From a bacterium (GTDB lineage Bacteria > Zhuqueibacterota > Zhuqueibacteria > Residuimicrobiales > Krinioviventaceae): DNA of 64,000 bases. The notes under the pieces were generated by a model. The model searched no databases and was not told where the DNA came from. It was given only the letters and a program-made list of their open reading frames with translations. How positions within the stretch are numbered: position 1 is the stretch's first letter; each line of letters opens with the position of its first letter. Positions 18,579 to 28,958 of this stretch are shown piece after piece. The position numbers were made by a program, and so were the translations under genes. The stretch lies in the NCBI GenBank assembly GCA_963693055.1, contig OY843751.1, forward strand, positions 2,496,001 to 2,560,000. Reading direction: 5' to 3'.

Positions 18579-21362
18579 ATGGGTTATTTTAATATGCGAA
18601 TCTTTTACTTTATTTTATTTTCTGTTACTTTATCATTTGGTCAGGCCCTTACTTGGGATCCTCTTTTTCCAACCGATAACGATACAATAACAATTACCTA
18701 TAACGCAAATGAAGGTAATAAAGCCCTTGAAGGCGTATCACCTATATGGGCACATACTGGTGTTATAACTGATAAAAGTCCTAATCCCAATTATTGGCTA
18801 TATACAATTGCCGAGTGGGAGACTAATTTGCCAAAAGCCCAAATGACCAATATTGGTACTGACTCTTGGCAAATTCGTTTTCATGTGCGTTCTTTTTATG
18901 GTGTACCCGCAGGTGAAACCATACAACAATTGGCTTTTGTATTTCGAAATGCCAGTGGCACCAAAGTTGGAAAAACAGCAGACAATCAGGACTTTTTTAT
19001 CCCCATATATCAGCAAGGTGTTAATATATCCCTTGTAAACCCCACTACAAATACATTTATCGCTGAAATGGGTGATGAAATACCCATCATCACAAAGACC
19101 ACATCTGCAATTAAGCAGGAATTGTTTTTAAATAATCAGTTATTAACCGAAACAACTGATGATAGCCTTTACTATCTTTTTACTCCTCAGGATTATGGAT
19201 TTTATCAATTCACTGCAATTGCTACAGACGCCCAAAACAATACCGAGCAAACTGAATTTACAATTGTTGTAAATACCCCGGTAAATATTGCAGACTTGCC
19301 AAGCGGAGTTCGTGATGGTATTAATCGTACCGGAAGTAATTCAGCTACATTGGTTTTGACCGCTCCTCTTAAAGAATTTGTTTATGTCATTGGTTCATTT
19401 AATAATTGGGAAATGAGTCAGGATTATTATATGAATAAAACCCCGGATGGTAATCGTTATTGGTTAGAGATTGACGGTCTGGATCCGGAGACAGAATACA
19501 CCTTTCAATACCTGGTTGATGGCAGCATTCGAATTGCAGATCCGTATTCCGATAAAATTTTGGATCCTACTCATGATAAAAACATCACGGATGATACCTA
19601 TCCTGACCTGACACCATATCCCATTGGTGAAACCACTGAAGCGATAACTGCTTTTAAAATCAATCAGGATGAATTTACTTTTACTGCATCAGATTATGAA
19701 AAACCACAGATAAAAAATCTTGTTATATACGAGTTATTAATCAGGGATTTTATTCAAGAACATGATTATAAAACGTTAACTGATTCTTTAGCATATTTCA
19801 AACGCCTGGGTATTAATGCAATTGAATTGATGCCTATAAATGAATTTGAAGGGAATGAGAGCTGGGGTTACAATCCGTCTTTTTATTTTGCTCCCGATAA
19901 ATATTATGGTCCTGCTAATGATTTGAAAACATTGATTGATGAAGCACATAAACTTGGAATTGCAATAATTCAGGATATTGTATTAAATCATGCATATGGT
20001 CAGTGTCCATGGGTAAGACTTTACGGTGATCAAATGGACCAAAATCCATGGTTTAATGAAAAATCCCCCAACACATCTTATGCGTGGGGATATGATTTTA
20101 ATCATGAGAGTGAATACACTAGAGCATTTGTAGATAGTGTTTTAAGCTACTGGATGACAGAGTTTAAAGTAGATGGCTTTCGTTTTGATTTTACCAAAGG
20201 TCTTACAAATACCCCTGGAGACGGTTGGGAGTATGATCCTGCCCGTATAACCATTTTAAAACGCATTGCTGATCATGTCTGGTCTGTTGATTCTACAGCA
20301 TATGTAATACTTGAACACTTTGCCGCAAATAGTGAAGAAAAGGAATTGTCAGCTTATGGTATGATGTTGTGGGGAAATATAAATACGCCTTTTACCCAAT
20401 CTGCAATGGGGTATACCAACGATTCAAATATTTCCGGAATTTCTGCATCATACAGAGGATGGACCGAACATCATTTGGTTGGTTATATGGAAAGTCATGA
20501 TGAAGAACGAATGATGTACAAGAACCTGCAATGGGGTAATTCTGCAGGAACCTATCACATTTACGATCTTCAAACTGCGCTTGAACGTGTTCAATTATCA
20601 GCTGCTTTCTTTTTAACTGTTCCCGGTCCCAAAATGATTTGGCAATTTGGAGAATTGGGTTATGATTATTCTATTGATTATAATAATCGTGTAGGCAACA
20701 AGCCCATTCGGTGGGATTACTACCAGGATGCTGACAGACGTCAACTCTATGATGTTTTTGCCGCTCTTGCACACTTTAGAAAATTAAAAGCATTTCAGGA
20801 AGGTTCGTTTAATTTTAATCTGAGTACTTTTTTAAGAACTGTTCGTATATCACATGATAGTATGAATACGGTCATTATTGGTAATTTTAATGTAACTGAA
20901 AGCTATATAATACCCAATTTTCAACATACAGGCTTGTGGTATGATTACCTTGATGGTAATCATATCGATATAAGTCAAACACAGCAGGCAATACTGCTGC
21001 GGCCCGGTGAATTTCATGTTTTTACCGATGTACAATTGGAAAAACCGTTTATAACTAAAATTGATGAAAATGAACTTGCACCCGTTACTTTCAAATTGTA
21101 CGACAACCATCCGAATCCATTTAACGCATCAACGCGAATCGATTTTGAATTGGAAAAATCAGATCATATCTGCCTTGATGTATTCAATATTACAGGACAA
21201 CATATTGTAACCCTTGTTGACAACCAACTTGAACAGGGAAGGCATTCATTTGTCTGGAATGGTAAAGACTCTAATGATAATATTATGAGTACAGGTGTAT
21301 ATCTTTATGTAATCGCTTCAAGTACCACTCGATACAGTAAAAAGATGCTGTTGTTAAAGTAA
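18579..21362 (+). CDS. GH13 alpha-amylase/pullulanase-like enzyme with CBM48-like module and T9SS C-terminal domain
   Basis: VIGSFNNW, IYELLIRDF, SWGYNP, DIVLNH, DGFRFD, ILEH, ESHDEER, NHPNPFN...STGVYLY. Confidence 0.9.
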   Translation: MGYFNMRIFYFILFSVTLSFGQALTWDPLFPTDNDTITITYNANEGNKALEGVSPIWAHTGVITDKSPNPNYWLYTIAEWETNLPKAQMTNIGTDSWQIRFHVRSFYGVPAGETIQQLAFVFRNASGTKVGKTADNQDFFIPIYQQGVNISLVNPTTNTFIAEMGDEIPIITKTTSAIKQELFLNNQLLTETTDDSLYYLFTPQDYGFYQFTAIATDAQNNTEQTEFTIVVNTPVNIADLPSGVRDGINRTGSNSATLVLTAPLKEFVYVIGSFNNWEMSQDYYMNKTPDGNRYWLEIDGLDPETEYTFQYLVDGSIRIADPYSDKILDPTHDKNITDDTYPDLTPYPIGETTEAITAFKINQDEFTFTASDYEKPQIKNLVIYELLIRDFIQEHDYKTLTDSLAYFKRLGINAIELMPINEFEGNESWGYNPSFYFAPDKYYGPANDLKTLIDEAHKLGIAIIQDIVLNHAYGQCPWVRLYGDQMDQNPWFNEKSPNTSYAWGYDFNHESEYTRAFVDSVLSYWMTEFKVDGFRFDFTKGLTNTPGDGWEYDPARITILKRIADHVWSVDSTAYVILEHFAANSEEKELSAYGMMLWGNINTPFTQSAMGYTNDSNISGISASYRGWTEHHLVGYMESHDEERMMYKNLQWGNSAGTYHIYDLQTALERVQLSAAFFLTVPGPKMIWQFGELGYDYSIDYNNRVGNKPIRWDYYQDADRRQLYDVFAALAHFRKLKAFQEGSFNFNLSTFLRTVRISHDSMNTVIIGNFNVTESYIIPNFQHTGLWYDYLDGNHIDISQTQQAILLRPGEFHVFTDVQLEKPFITKIDENELAPVTFKLYDNHPNPFNASTRIDFELEKSDHICLDVFNITGQHIVTLVDNQLEQGRHSFVWNGKDSNDNIMSTGVYLYVIASSTTRYSKKMLLLK

Positions 21363-21391
21363 AGTTTAACTTAACAAAACAGGAGATAAAC

Positions 21392-23203
21392 GTGACAGTA
21401 TTTGATTATTCCATTATTTTTGTATATCTCTCTTCAATTATCCTGGTTGGGCTTTTGGCCCAAAAACGTGCAAAGCAGGGTATAGATTCTTATTTCCTGG
21501 GTGACAGATCATTACCCTGGTGGGCTTTGGGTGCTTCGGGAATGGCATCAAATATGGATGTTAGTGGTACAATGCTGAATACAGCTTTTATTTTTGCACT
21601 GGGAGCTACCGGTTTTTTTATCGAGATTCGCGGTGGTGTTACTTTGTTAATGGCTTTTCTTATGATTTTTATGGGAAAATGGAACCGCCGTGCTCATGTT
21701 ATGACCCTTGCCGAGTGGATGCACCTACGTTTTGGTAAAGGTAAAGAGGGAGATATTGCACGTTTAATTGCTGCTATTTCTTCAATTATTATGACTATAG
21801 CAATGATTACCTATTTTGCAATAGGTGCGGGAAAATTTATTGGCGAATTTTTAGGTATACCTTCATTTCTCGGTCTTTCTCCTGAATTTTGGGCTGCAAC
21901 ACTCATGATCACTTTGGCTATGATTTATACGGTTCTAAGTGGATTATATGGTGTTGTTGCCACGGATGTTTTTCAGGGATTTATAATTTTTGGCACTATA
22001 ATTTATATTTGCTTTCTGGCAATTACCAAATATGCGCTTCCTGAGAGTTTTATCATCTCTGTACCTATGAAAGATGGCACCTTTATGGCTATGGAAACAA
22101 CGCGAAATGCATGGACCAGTATCATCCCCTCGTGGAGTCTTGACCTCCCGGAGGCCAGTGCCTATTCAATTTATAACCTCCTGGGAATAGCTATAATCTT
22201 TTATTTATTTAAAGTAACAATTGAAGGTAGCGGTGGTACTGGTAACTATATGCTACAGCGTTATATGGCAGCTAAAAGCGATCGTGATACCGGTTTGCTC
22301 TCACTTTTTTGGACTTTTTTACTTTCTTTCCGTTGGCCATTTATTGCAGCCATTGCAATGATGGGCGTTGCATTTAGCACCCAGGGTGGAACTGCACTAG
22401 ATCCTGAAAAGATTTTACCAACAGTTATTAATGAACTGGTTCCTGTTGGAATCAAAGGTTTGTTGATTGCCGGCCTTATGGCTGCAGCCATGTCTACTTT
22501 TGACTCTACTGTGAATGCCGGTGCGGCATATTGGGTCAAGGATATTTATCAGGCTTATCTCAATCCCAAAGCCAGTAAACAACAACTCATGCTGCACAGT
22601 CGCTGGTCATCTATTATTATTGTATTGTTTGGACTGATTTTTACAATCTTCATCAAGAATATTAATGAAATCTGGGGTTGGATTACTATGGGAATTGGTG
22701 CCGGTCTATTAATTCCCATGCTCATGCGCTGGTACTGGTGGCGGCTTAATGGTTATGGCTTTGCCTGGGGTACAATTGGTGGTATGGTTGCGGCATTTAT
22801 TCAAAAAGGATTTTTCCCTGATATACCTGAATATATTGCATTTACTGTTGCATCAGGGGCATCTTTGCTTGCACTCATAATTGGTACCTATTTAACACCT
22901 GCAACAGACAAAAAAGTTTTGATGGAATTCTACAAACGTACCCGTCCTTTTGGATTCTGGAAGCCTGTTACACAGGATATTCCTGAAAAGACAATGACGG
23001 CTATCAATTCAGAGAATACAAGAGATCGAATTGCTACATTTTTTGCCGTTCCCTGGCAGCTTGTATTGTTCCTGTTTATGATGATGATTGTTATGGGGCG
23101 TTTTGATAATTTGTTATGGTTATCCATTTTATTGGTTTTTCTATCAATCGGCTTATATCATTTCTGGTTTAAGCACTTGTCCACAGAAGTCAAGATGGAT
23201 TAA
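21392..23203 (+). CDS. sodium:solute symporter (sugar)
   Basis: YFLGDRSLPWW, SGLYGVVATDVFQ, AAAMSTFDS; many TM helices. Confidence 0.9.
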   Translation: MTVFDYSIIFVYLSSIILVGLLAQKRAKQGIDSYFLGDRSLPWWALGASGMASNMDVSGTMLNTAFIFALGATGFFIEIRGGVTLLMAFLMIFMGKWNRRAHVMTLAEWMHLRFGKGKEGDIARLIAAISSIIMTIAMITYFAIGAGKFIGEFLGIPSFLGLSPEFWAATLMITLAMIYTVLSGLYGVVATDVFQGFIIFGTIIYICFLAITKYALPESFIISVPMKDGTFMAMETTRNAWTSIIPSWSLDLPEASAYSIYNLLGIAIIFYLFKVTIEGSGGTGNYMLQRYMAAKSDRDTGLLSLFWTFLLSFRWPFIAAIAMMGVAFSTQGGTALDPEKILPTVINELVPVGIKGLLIAGLMAAAMSTFDSTVNAGAAYWVKDIYQAYLNPKASKQQLMLHSRWSSIIIVLFGLIFTIFIKNINEIWGWITMGIGAGLLIPMLMRWYWWRLNGYGFAWGTIGGMVAAFIQKGFFPDIPEYIAFTVASGASLLALIIGTYLTPATDKKVLMEFYKRTRPFGFWKPVTQDIPEKTMTAINSENTRDRIATFFAVPWQLVLFLFMMMIVMGRFDNLLWLSILLVFLSIGLYHFWFKHLSTEVKMD

Positions 23204-23221
23204 TAAAAAATATGAAAATTC

Positions 23222-23256
23222 AAGGTCCGGTTTTAATTTATACCGGACCTTTTTTT
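23222..23256 (+). terminator. intrinsic terminator ending the starch locus
   Basis: aaggtccggt...accggacctttttt. Confidence 0.75.
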
Positions 23257-23420
23257 GTTTTAAAATAAAAAAAAAGACTGGAAATCCTGTTTCTCTTTGT
23301 TTATATTAAAAAATCAGGAATTAAAATTCCTTGTTTTAACTGCTTTTAACAGTAAAATTCAGTTTACTGCATCCACAATATTTTACGTTAATGCAATTTT
23401 TATTTTTTTGGAGGAAAGGA

Positions 23421-25175
23421 ATGACCACATTACATCCATTAGACTGGGTTGTTATTGCCCTTTATTTTTCCATTATCCTTGGGCTTGCCTGGTGGGTTAT
23501 TAGACAAAAAAACGAAAACACAACAGATTATTTCCTTGCAGGACGTCATCTGGGTTGGTTTATTGTTGGTGCGTCAATTTTTGCATCTAATATTGGTTCT
23601 GAACACCTTGTTGGGCTGGCAGGCTCAGGTGCAACTGATGGTGTTGCTATGGCTCACTATGAATTACACGCCTGGTGTTTACTCGTTTTAGGCTGGATAA
23701 TGGTGCCTTTTTATATGCGTTCTCAGGTTTTTACCATGCCTGAATTTCTAGAGCGTCGTTTTTCACCTGCTGCACGAACTGTATTGTCCGTTATTTCTCT
23801 TGTAGCTTATGTTTTAACCAAAATTGCTGTTGGTATTTTTGCCGGTGGTATTGTGTTTAGCGTTTTAATGCCAGACATTAACTTTTTAGGTTTAAACAGC
23901 TTTTGGATTGGTTCTATCCTTGTAATCTTGTTTACCGGTGTTTATACTGTTTTGGGTGGTATGCGTGCTGTTGCTTATACCGAAGCTCTGCAAACTGTTG
24001 TTTTAATTTTTGGTTCTATTCTGGTAACTATCTTTGGTTTAAAAGCCCTCGGTGGTTGGGGAGAGCTAAGAGCAATTGCTGGTTCTGAAATGTTTAATCT
24101 CTGGAAACCTATGGTCCCTGCAGGTATTGAAAGTACCTGGGCACCGGTTAAAGAAGCCGGCCGTATGGCTTGGTACTTTAATGATAACTATCCCTGGTTG
24201 GGTATGTTGCTATGTGCTCCAATCATTGGTTTGTGGTACTGGACCACGGATCAGTATATAGTTCAACGTGCACTGGGCGCACCCAATGAAAAAGAAGCCC
24301 GTCGCGGTACCATTGCTGCATCTTTTCTGAAATTATTGCCCGTTTTTATATTTATCATTCCAGGTATGATTGCTTTTGCTTTGGCAAAATCAGGACAGGT
24401 TGCACCAATTGCCACTGAATTGTTTGATGCAAATGGAGAATTGATTCGAGATAATGCTCAAAAAGCTTTTCCATTATTGGTAGCTCATGTACTGCCTATA
24501 GGTGTTAGAGGTATTGTAGTTGCAGGATTACTGGCAGCATTGATGAGTTCCTTGGCCGGTGTGTTTAATGCTTCATCAACTTTGTTTACTATTGATTTTT
24601 ATTCCAGACTTCGTCCACAGGCAACTGAGAAGCAACTGGTTTGGACCGGTAGAATGGCTACTGTTGTTATGGTTGTAATAGGTTTATTGTGGATTCCCGT
24701 TATCCAGGGTGGAAGAGGATTGTATGATTATTTACAGGGAGTTCAAGCTTATCTGGCACCACCAATTTTTGTTGTTTTCTTTTTGGGTGTATTCTGGAAA
24801 CGTTTAAATGCAAAGGGATGCCTGGCTGCATTGATTACTGGTTTTTCATTGGGAATTATTCGTTTGGCTATTGATACACCTGTAAAATTAGGTGAAAATT
24901 TTGCGTATTCTCAGGGCTCATTTTTATGGGTTATAAATAATATTTTCTTTCAGTATTATAGTTTGTTGATTTTTATTGTTAGTATTGTTGTAATGATTGC
25001 GGTTAGTTATATGACAAAAGAACCGGATTATGCACAAATTAGTGGTTTAACTTTTGGTACAACAACAGATGAACATCGTAAAGAATCTCGTTCAAGCTGG
25101 ACATCACTGGATGTTGTATTCTCTGGATTACTTGTTGTGTTAATCCTGGTAGCATATATGTATTTTAAAGGTTAA
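23421..25175 (+). CDS. sodium:sugar symporter (SGLT-like SSS family)
   Basis: YFLAGR, SIFASNIGSEH, TMPEFLERRF, WYWTTDQYIVQR, LAALMSSL; RBS before ATG 23421. Confidence 0.92.
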   Translation: MTTLHPLDWVVIALYFSIILGLAWWVIRQKNENTTDYFLAGRHLGWFIVGASIFASNIGSEHLVGLAGSGATDGVAMAHYELHAWCLLVLGWIMVPFYMRSQVFTMPEFLERRFSPAARTVLSVISLVAYVLTKIAVGIFAGGIVFSVLMPDINFLGLNSFWIGSILVILFTGVYTVLGGMRAVAYTEALQTVVLIFGSILVTIFGLKALGGWGELRAIAGSEMFNLWKPMVPAGIESTWAPVKEAGRMAWYFNDNYPWLGMLLCAPIIGLWYWTTDQYIVQRALGAPNEKEARRGTIAASFLKLLPVFIFIIPGMIAFALAKSGQVAPIATELFDANGELIRDNAQKAFPLLVAHVLPIGVRGIVVAGLLAALMSSLAGVFNASSTLFTIDFYSRLRPQATEKQLVWTGRMATVVMVVIGLLWIPVIQGGRGLYDYLQGVQAYLAPPIFVVFFLGVFWKRLNAKGCLAALITGFSLGIIRLAIDTPVKLGENFAYSQGSFLWVINNIFFQYYSLLIFIVSIVVMIAVSYMTKEPDYAQISGLTFGTTTDEHRKESRSSWTSLDVVFSGLLVVLILVAYMYFKG

Positions 25176-25196
25176 TAAAGGATATTGAGGATAACT

Positions 25197-26882
25197 ATGA
25201 ATAAATATGCAATAGGGTTGGATTACGGTACAAATTCTTGTCGTTCTTTGATTGTTGATATCTCTAATGGTAAAGAACTGGCGAGCCATGTTTTTAACTA
25301 TCCCACCGGTGAAGCGGGAATTATTGTTGATCCCGCTGATCCTAACCTGGCACGTCAAAATCCTGCGGATTATATTGAAGGCATTGAGGTTTGTATTAAA
25401 AATGCTATCGATAAAGCTGCAAAAGTCGATTCTGATTTTTCTGCTGAAAAGATTGTCGGTATTGGTGTTGATACAACAGGAAGCAGCCCAATGCCTGTTG
25501 ACAGTGATGGACAACCGTTATGTTTCAAACCTGAATTTAAAGATAATCCCGCTGCTATGGTCTGGTTATGGAAAGATCATACCAGCTATAAAGAAGCACA
25601 AGCGATTACTGAACAAGCTGCTAAATCAAGACCGCAATACCTTGCAAAAATTGGTGGTGTTTACTCTTCAGAATGGTTCTGGAGCAAAGCCTGGAATTGT
25701 CTCAAAACATCTCCTGATGTTTTTAAAGCGGCTTTTGGTTTTGTTGAAGTGTGTGATTGGATTCCTGCTGTTTTAGTTGGGGATGTAACCCCCCAACATT
25801 TAAAACCAAGTGTTTGTGCAGCCGGTCACAAGGCAATGTATAGTCAGGAATGGGGAGGATTGCCAGATAAAGAATTTCTCAGTTCTCTTGCACCTGAATT
25901 AGGTGACATGCGTGAAAATCTTTATGATGTTGCGTATCCCTCAGAACAGCTTGCAGGAACTCTTTCTGCTGAATGGGCTGAAAAACTGGGTTTGCCGACA
26001 AACGTAGCCGTTGCCGTAGGTGCTTTTGATGCGCATATGGGTGCCGTAGGTGCTGGCGTAAGTGAAGGCACTCTGGTTAAAATTCTGGGTACAAGTACCT
26101 GTGATATAATGGTTTGGCCTAATGATGAAAAAATGGCTGATATTCCAGGTGTTTGTGGAATTGTTGACGGATCTGTTAAAGGCGGCTATTTTGGTATTGA
26201 AGCCGGCCAATCAGCTGTTGGTGATATTTTTCTTTGGTTTGTCAATAACCTTGTTCCTGAAAAATATGGCAAAACCATGGATGAAAAGTTTGAGAATCTT
26301 GAAAAAGCTGCCACAGCTATGAAACCTGGTGAATCCGGTTTAATGGCACTCGACTGGAACAATGGTAATCGTACCGTTCTGGTTGATGTACGGTTAACAG
26401 GGTTATTGTTGGGCCAAACATTGCATACTGAAGCGCATGAAGTTTATCGTGCATTGATTGAAGCTACCGCTTTTGGTGCATTGGCTATTATTGACCGTAT
26501 TGCTGAGAATGGTGTTGCCATTGAACAGGTTGTGAATTGTGGTGGTTTGGCCATCAAGAATTCGCTTTTAATGCAAATCTATGCCGATATTACCGGTCGT
26601 CCTATGAAGGTTTCACGCAGCGAACAAACTCCTGCACTGGGTGCTGCTATATTTGGTGCTGTTGCTGCTGGTATTTATGATAGTGTGGAATCAGCTCAAA
26701 AGGCAATGACTGGTGTTGATAAAGTATATGAACCCATCCCCGAAAATCAGGAAATCTATAAAAAGCTATATGCTTTATACAAACAACTTCATGATGAATT
26801 TGGAATACGAAATAATAATGGTAATCTTTACAATGTCATGAAAGATTTGTTGACTATAAGGGATGAGATAAGAAATAGCTAA
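25197..26882 (+). CDS. araB: L-ribulokinase
   Basis: IGLDYGTNS, GVDTTGSSP, WKDHT, GGVYSSEWFW, LGTSTCDI, EAGQSAVGD, LDWNNGNRT. Confidence 0.9.
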   Translation: MNKYAIGLDYGTNSCRSLIVDISNGKELASHVFNYPTGEAGIIVDPADPNLARQNPADYIEGIEVCIKNAIDKAAKVDSDFSAEKIVGIGVDTTGSSPMPVDSDGQPLCFKPEFKDNPAAMVWLWKDHTSYKEAQAITEQAAKSRPQYLAKIGGVYSSEWFWSKAWNCLKTSPDVFKAAFGFVEVCDWIPAVLVGDVTPQHLKPSVCAAGHKAMYSQEWGGLPDKEFLSSLAPELGDMRENLYDVAYPSEQLAGTLSAEWAEKLGLPTNVAVAVGAFDAHMGAVGAGVSEGTLVKILGTSTCDIMVWPNDEKMADIPGVCGIVDGSVKGGYFGIEAGQSAVGDIFLWFVNNLVPEKYGKTMDEKFENLEKAATAMKPGESGLMALDWNNGNRTVLVDVRLTGLLLGQTLHTEAHEVYRALIEATAFGALAIIDRIAENGVAIEQVVNCGGLAIKNSLLMQIYADITGRPMKVSRSEQTPALGAAIFGAVAAGIYDSVESAQKAMTGVDKVYEPIPENQEIYKKLYALYKQLHDEFGIRNNNGNLYNVMKDLLTIRDEIRNS

Positions 26883-26887
26883 AATTC

Positions 26888-26919
26888 AAGCCCTGTCGAT
26901 TTTTCGACGGGGCTTTTTT
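26888..26919 (+). terminator. intrinsic terminator
   Basis: aagccctgtcga-tttt-tcgacggggctttttt. Confidence 0.75.
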
Positions 26920-26955
26920 GTATGATCCAAATATTTTGAATGATGGGAGATATAT

Positions 26956-28827
26956 ATGTGTAGCAAATATGTTAACTCTATTATTTTATTAATCGCTGCA
27001 TTGGCTCTCCAAATCGATGCGCAAGGTGATTCAAATTTTTTAGTTTACCCATATTTGCAATTTGCTACAGATAGCAGCATCACCGTAATGTGGGAAACCC
27101 AATCAAAAACCTCAACCAAAGTATACTATTCTCAAGATACTCCTCTTGCTCATGAAATTTCTATCCCGGGAATGTTAACCATGCATGAGGTTGTCATTTC
27201 CAATCTTGACCCGGCTGCAAAATACTTTTACCAGGTTGAATCGGTTAATGACGAAGGGGATACACTGAAAAGTGAATTACTAACCTTTTCTACCGCAGTT
27301 GATGAAAACACACCCGTTAGCTTTGCAATAGTGAGTGACACACAAACCAATCCACCTGTTTGGGGCAAAATATCAGATCTTGTATGGCGTGAACGTCCGC
27401 AATTTGTACTCCATGGTGGGGATATTGTAGGTACCGGTCGAAATAAAGATCAATGGGTTAATCATTTTTTTGCACCGGCTAAAGACCTGATGTCAAGAAT
27501 ACCCATATATACTGTTTTGGGAAATCATGACGGTGATGATGTGAATTATTACCGGTATATGCACAACCCTGATCCGGAATATTATTACACATTTCATTAT
27601 GGAAATGTTCAGTTTTTCATGATTGATACAAATCATGATTATTTTGAATCAAGTGATCAATATGTTAGGTTAGAGTGGGATTTGGCTAATTCTAAATCTT
27701 TATGGAAAGTTGTTGTTCATCATCATTCACCTTTCTCTTCTGATGAAAATGATTTTGGAGATTCATTTAACGAAAAAGCAGATATGGGTGAAGTGGAATT
27801 ACTGCCACTTGTCAAGCTTTATGAAAAGTATGGTGTAGATATGGTTTTCTGTGGTCACATTCATGATTATGAACGCAGCTGGCCAATATATGAAAATACA
27901 ATTGATCAGAAAAAGGGAGTGATCTATGTTCAAACCGGAGGTGCAGGAGGGGGATTGGAAAATTATGCACCTACCCGGTCATGGTTTACTGCCAAAGTCC
28001 ACCGTGATCATCATTTTTGTCTTGTCAATATATTTGACGGTACTTTAAATTTTCAGGCAATTGATCAGGATTGGCATTTGTTTGATCACTTTTCAATAAC
28101 CCAAAAACAACCCAAAATCAAATCAGCTGAACTTGATCCTCCTGCGCCCTTGCTTGCACCTAAAAAACAGGTTTTTCTCAATAACACAACGGTTGAAATT
28201 AAAAGTGCGTATAAAGATGCTATAATATATTACACACTAGATGGTTCTGAACCCAATGAAAATTCACACATTTATACTCAACCAATCAAAATATCAAATA
28301 CTATTACTTTAAAAGCTTGTGTGGTTTATAATGATAAAAAAAGTCAAATAGTATCTGGATATTATGAAAAAGCTGAATTTACTAAATCGGTAAAAAAGAA
28401 ATCTTTGAGTAAAGGTCTGGAATACAAATATTATGAAGGTCAATGGCAGTACCTTCCGGATTTTAAATCCCTTAATGTAGTAAATAGTGGAATTTCTGAT
28501 GATCTGGATCTTGATAAAATAAAGCAGCGTGATGACTATTGGGGCGTTGTATTCAATGGTTTTATTCATATTCCCGCAAAAGGTATTTATACTTTTGCTA
28601 CCAATTCCGATGATGGTACGCGTTTATATATTGCTGATAAATTGGTAGTAGATAATGATGGCCCGCACTCGCCAAGAAGTATATCCGGACAAATTGCTCT
28701 GGAAAAGGGAGTTCATCCATTCAAGCTTGAATATTTTGATGATTACGGCGGCGAAGTACTATTGGTATGGATAATTGGCCCTGATTTTGAAAAACAATTA
28801 TTACCTCTGGATTTATTAGTTCATTAG
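26956..28827 (+). CDS. purple-acid-phosphatase-like metallophosphoesterase with Fn3-like and PA14 domains
   Basis: SDTQ, GGDIV, GNHD, HHSP, GHIHDYER; IYYTLDGSEP; SDDG..LYI...VDNDG. Confidence 0.85.
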   Translation: MCSKYVNSIILLIAALALQIDAQGDSNFLVYPYLQFATDSSITVMWETQSKTSTKVYYSQDTPLAHEISIPGMLTMHEVVISNLDPAAKYFYQVESVNDEGDTLKSELLTFSTAVDENTPVSFAIVSDTQTNPPVWGKISDLVWRERPQFVLHGGDIVGTGRNKDQWVNHFFAPAKDLMSRIPIYTVLGNHDGDDVNYYRYMHNPDPEYYYTFHYGNVQFFMIDTNHDYFESSDQYVRLEWDLANSKSLWKVVVHHHSPFSSDENDFGDSFNEKADMGEVELLPLVKLYEKYGVDMVFCGHIHDYERSWPIYENTIDQKKGVIYVQTGGAGGGLENYAPTRSWFTAKVHRDHHFCLVNIFDGTLNFQAIDQDWHLFDHFSITQKQPKIKSAELDPPAPLLAPKKQVFLNNTTVEIKSAYKDAIIYYTLDGSEPNENSHIYTQPIKISNTITLKACVVYNDKKSQIVSGYYEKAEFTKSVKKKSLSKGLEYKYYEGQWQYLPDFKSLNVVNSGISDDLDLDKIKQRDDYWGVVFNGFIHIPAKGIYTFATNSDDGTRLYIADKLVVDNDGPHSPRSISGQIALEKGVHPFKLEYFDDYGGEVLLVWIIGPDFEKQLLPLDLLVH

Positions 28828-28958
28828 TCAGTAAGATTTAAGAGATGAAACCATGTTTTCATTATACAATTTATATATCAATTGTCATTTCAGTTGAGTC
28901 TGACTTTTGTATGTAACTTTAATAAATTAAAATATTTTACAATACCTGCAATGGATTC

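Noticed and set aside
23421-26882. Novel arabinose pathway because araA and araD are absent
   Set aside because: These genes are often elsewhere in the genome; absence from one window is uninformative
6131-28569. Many 60-230 aa antisense or alternate-frame ORFs, for example 16600-17292
   Set aside because: Shadows of long genes with no recognisable motifs
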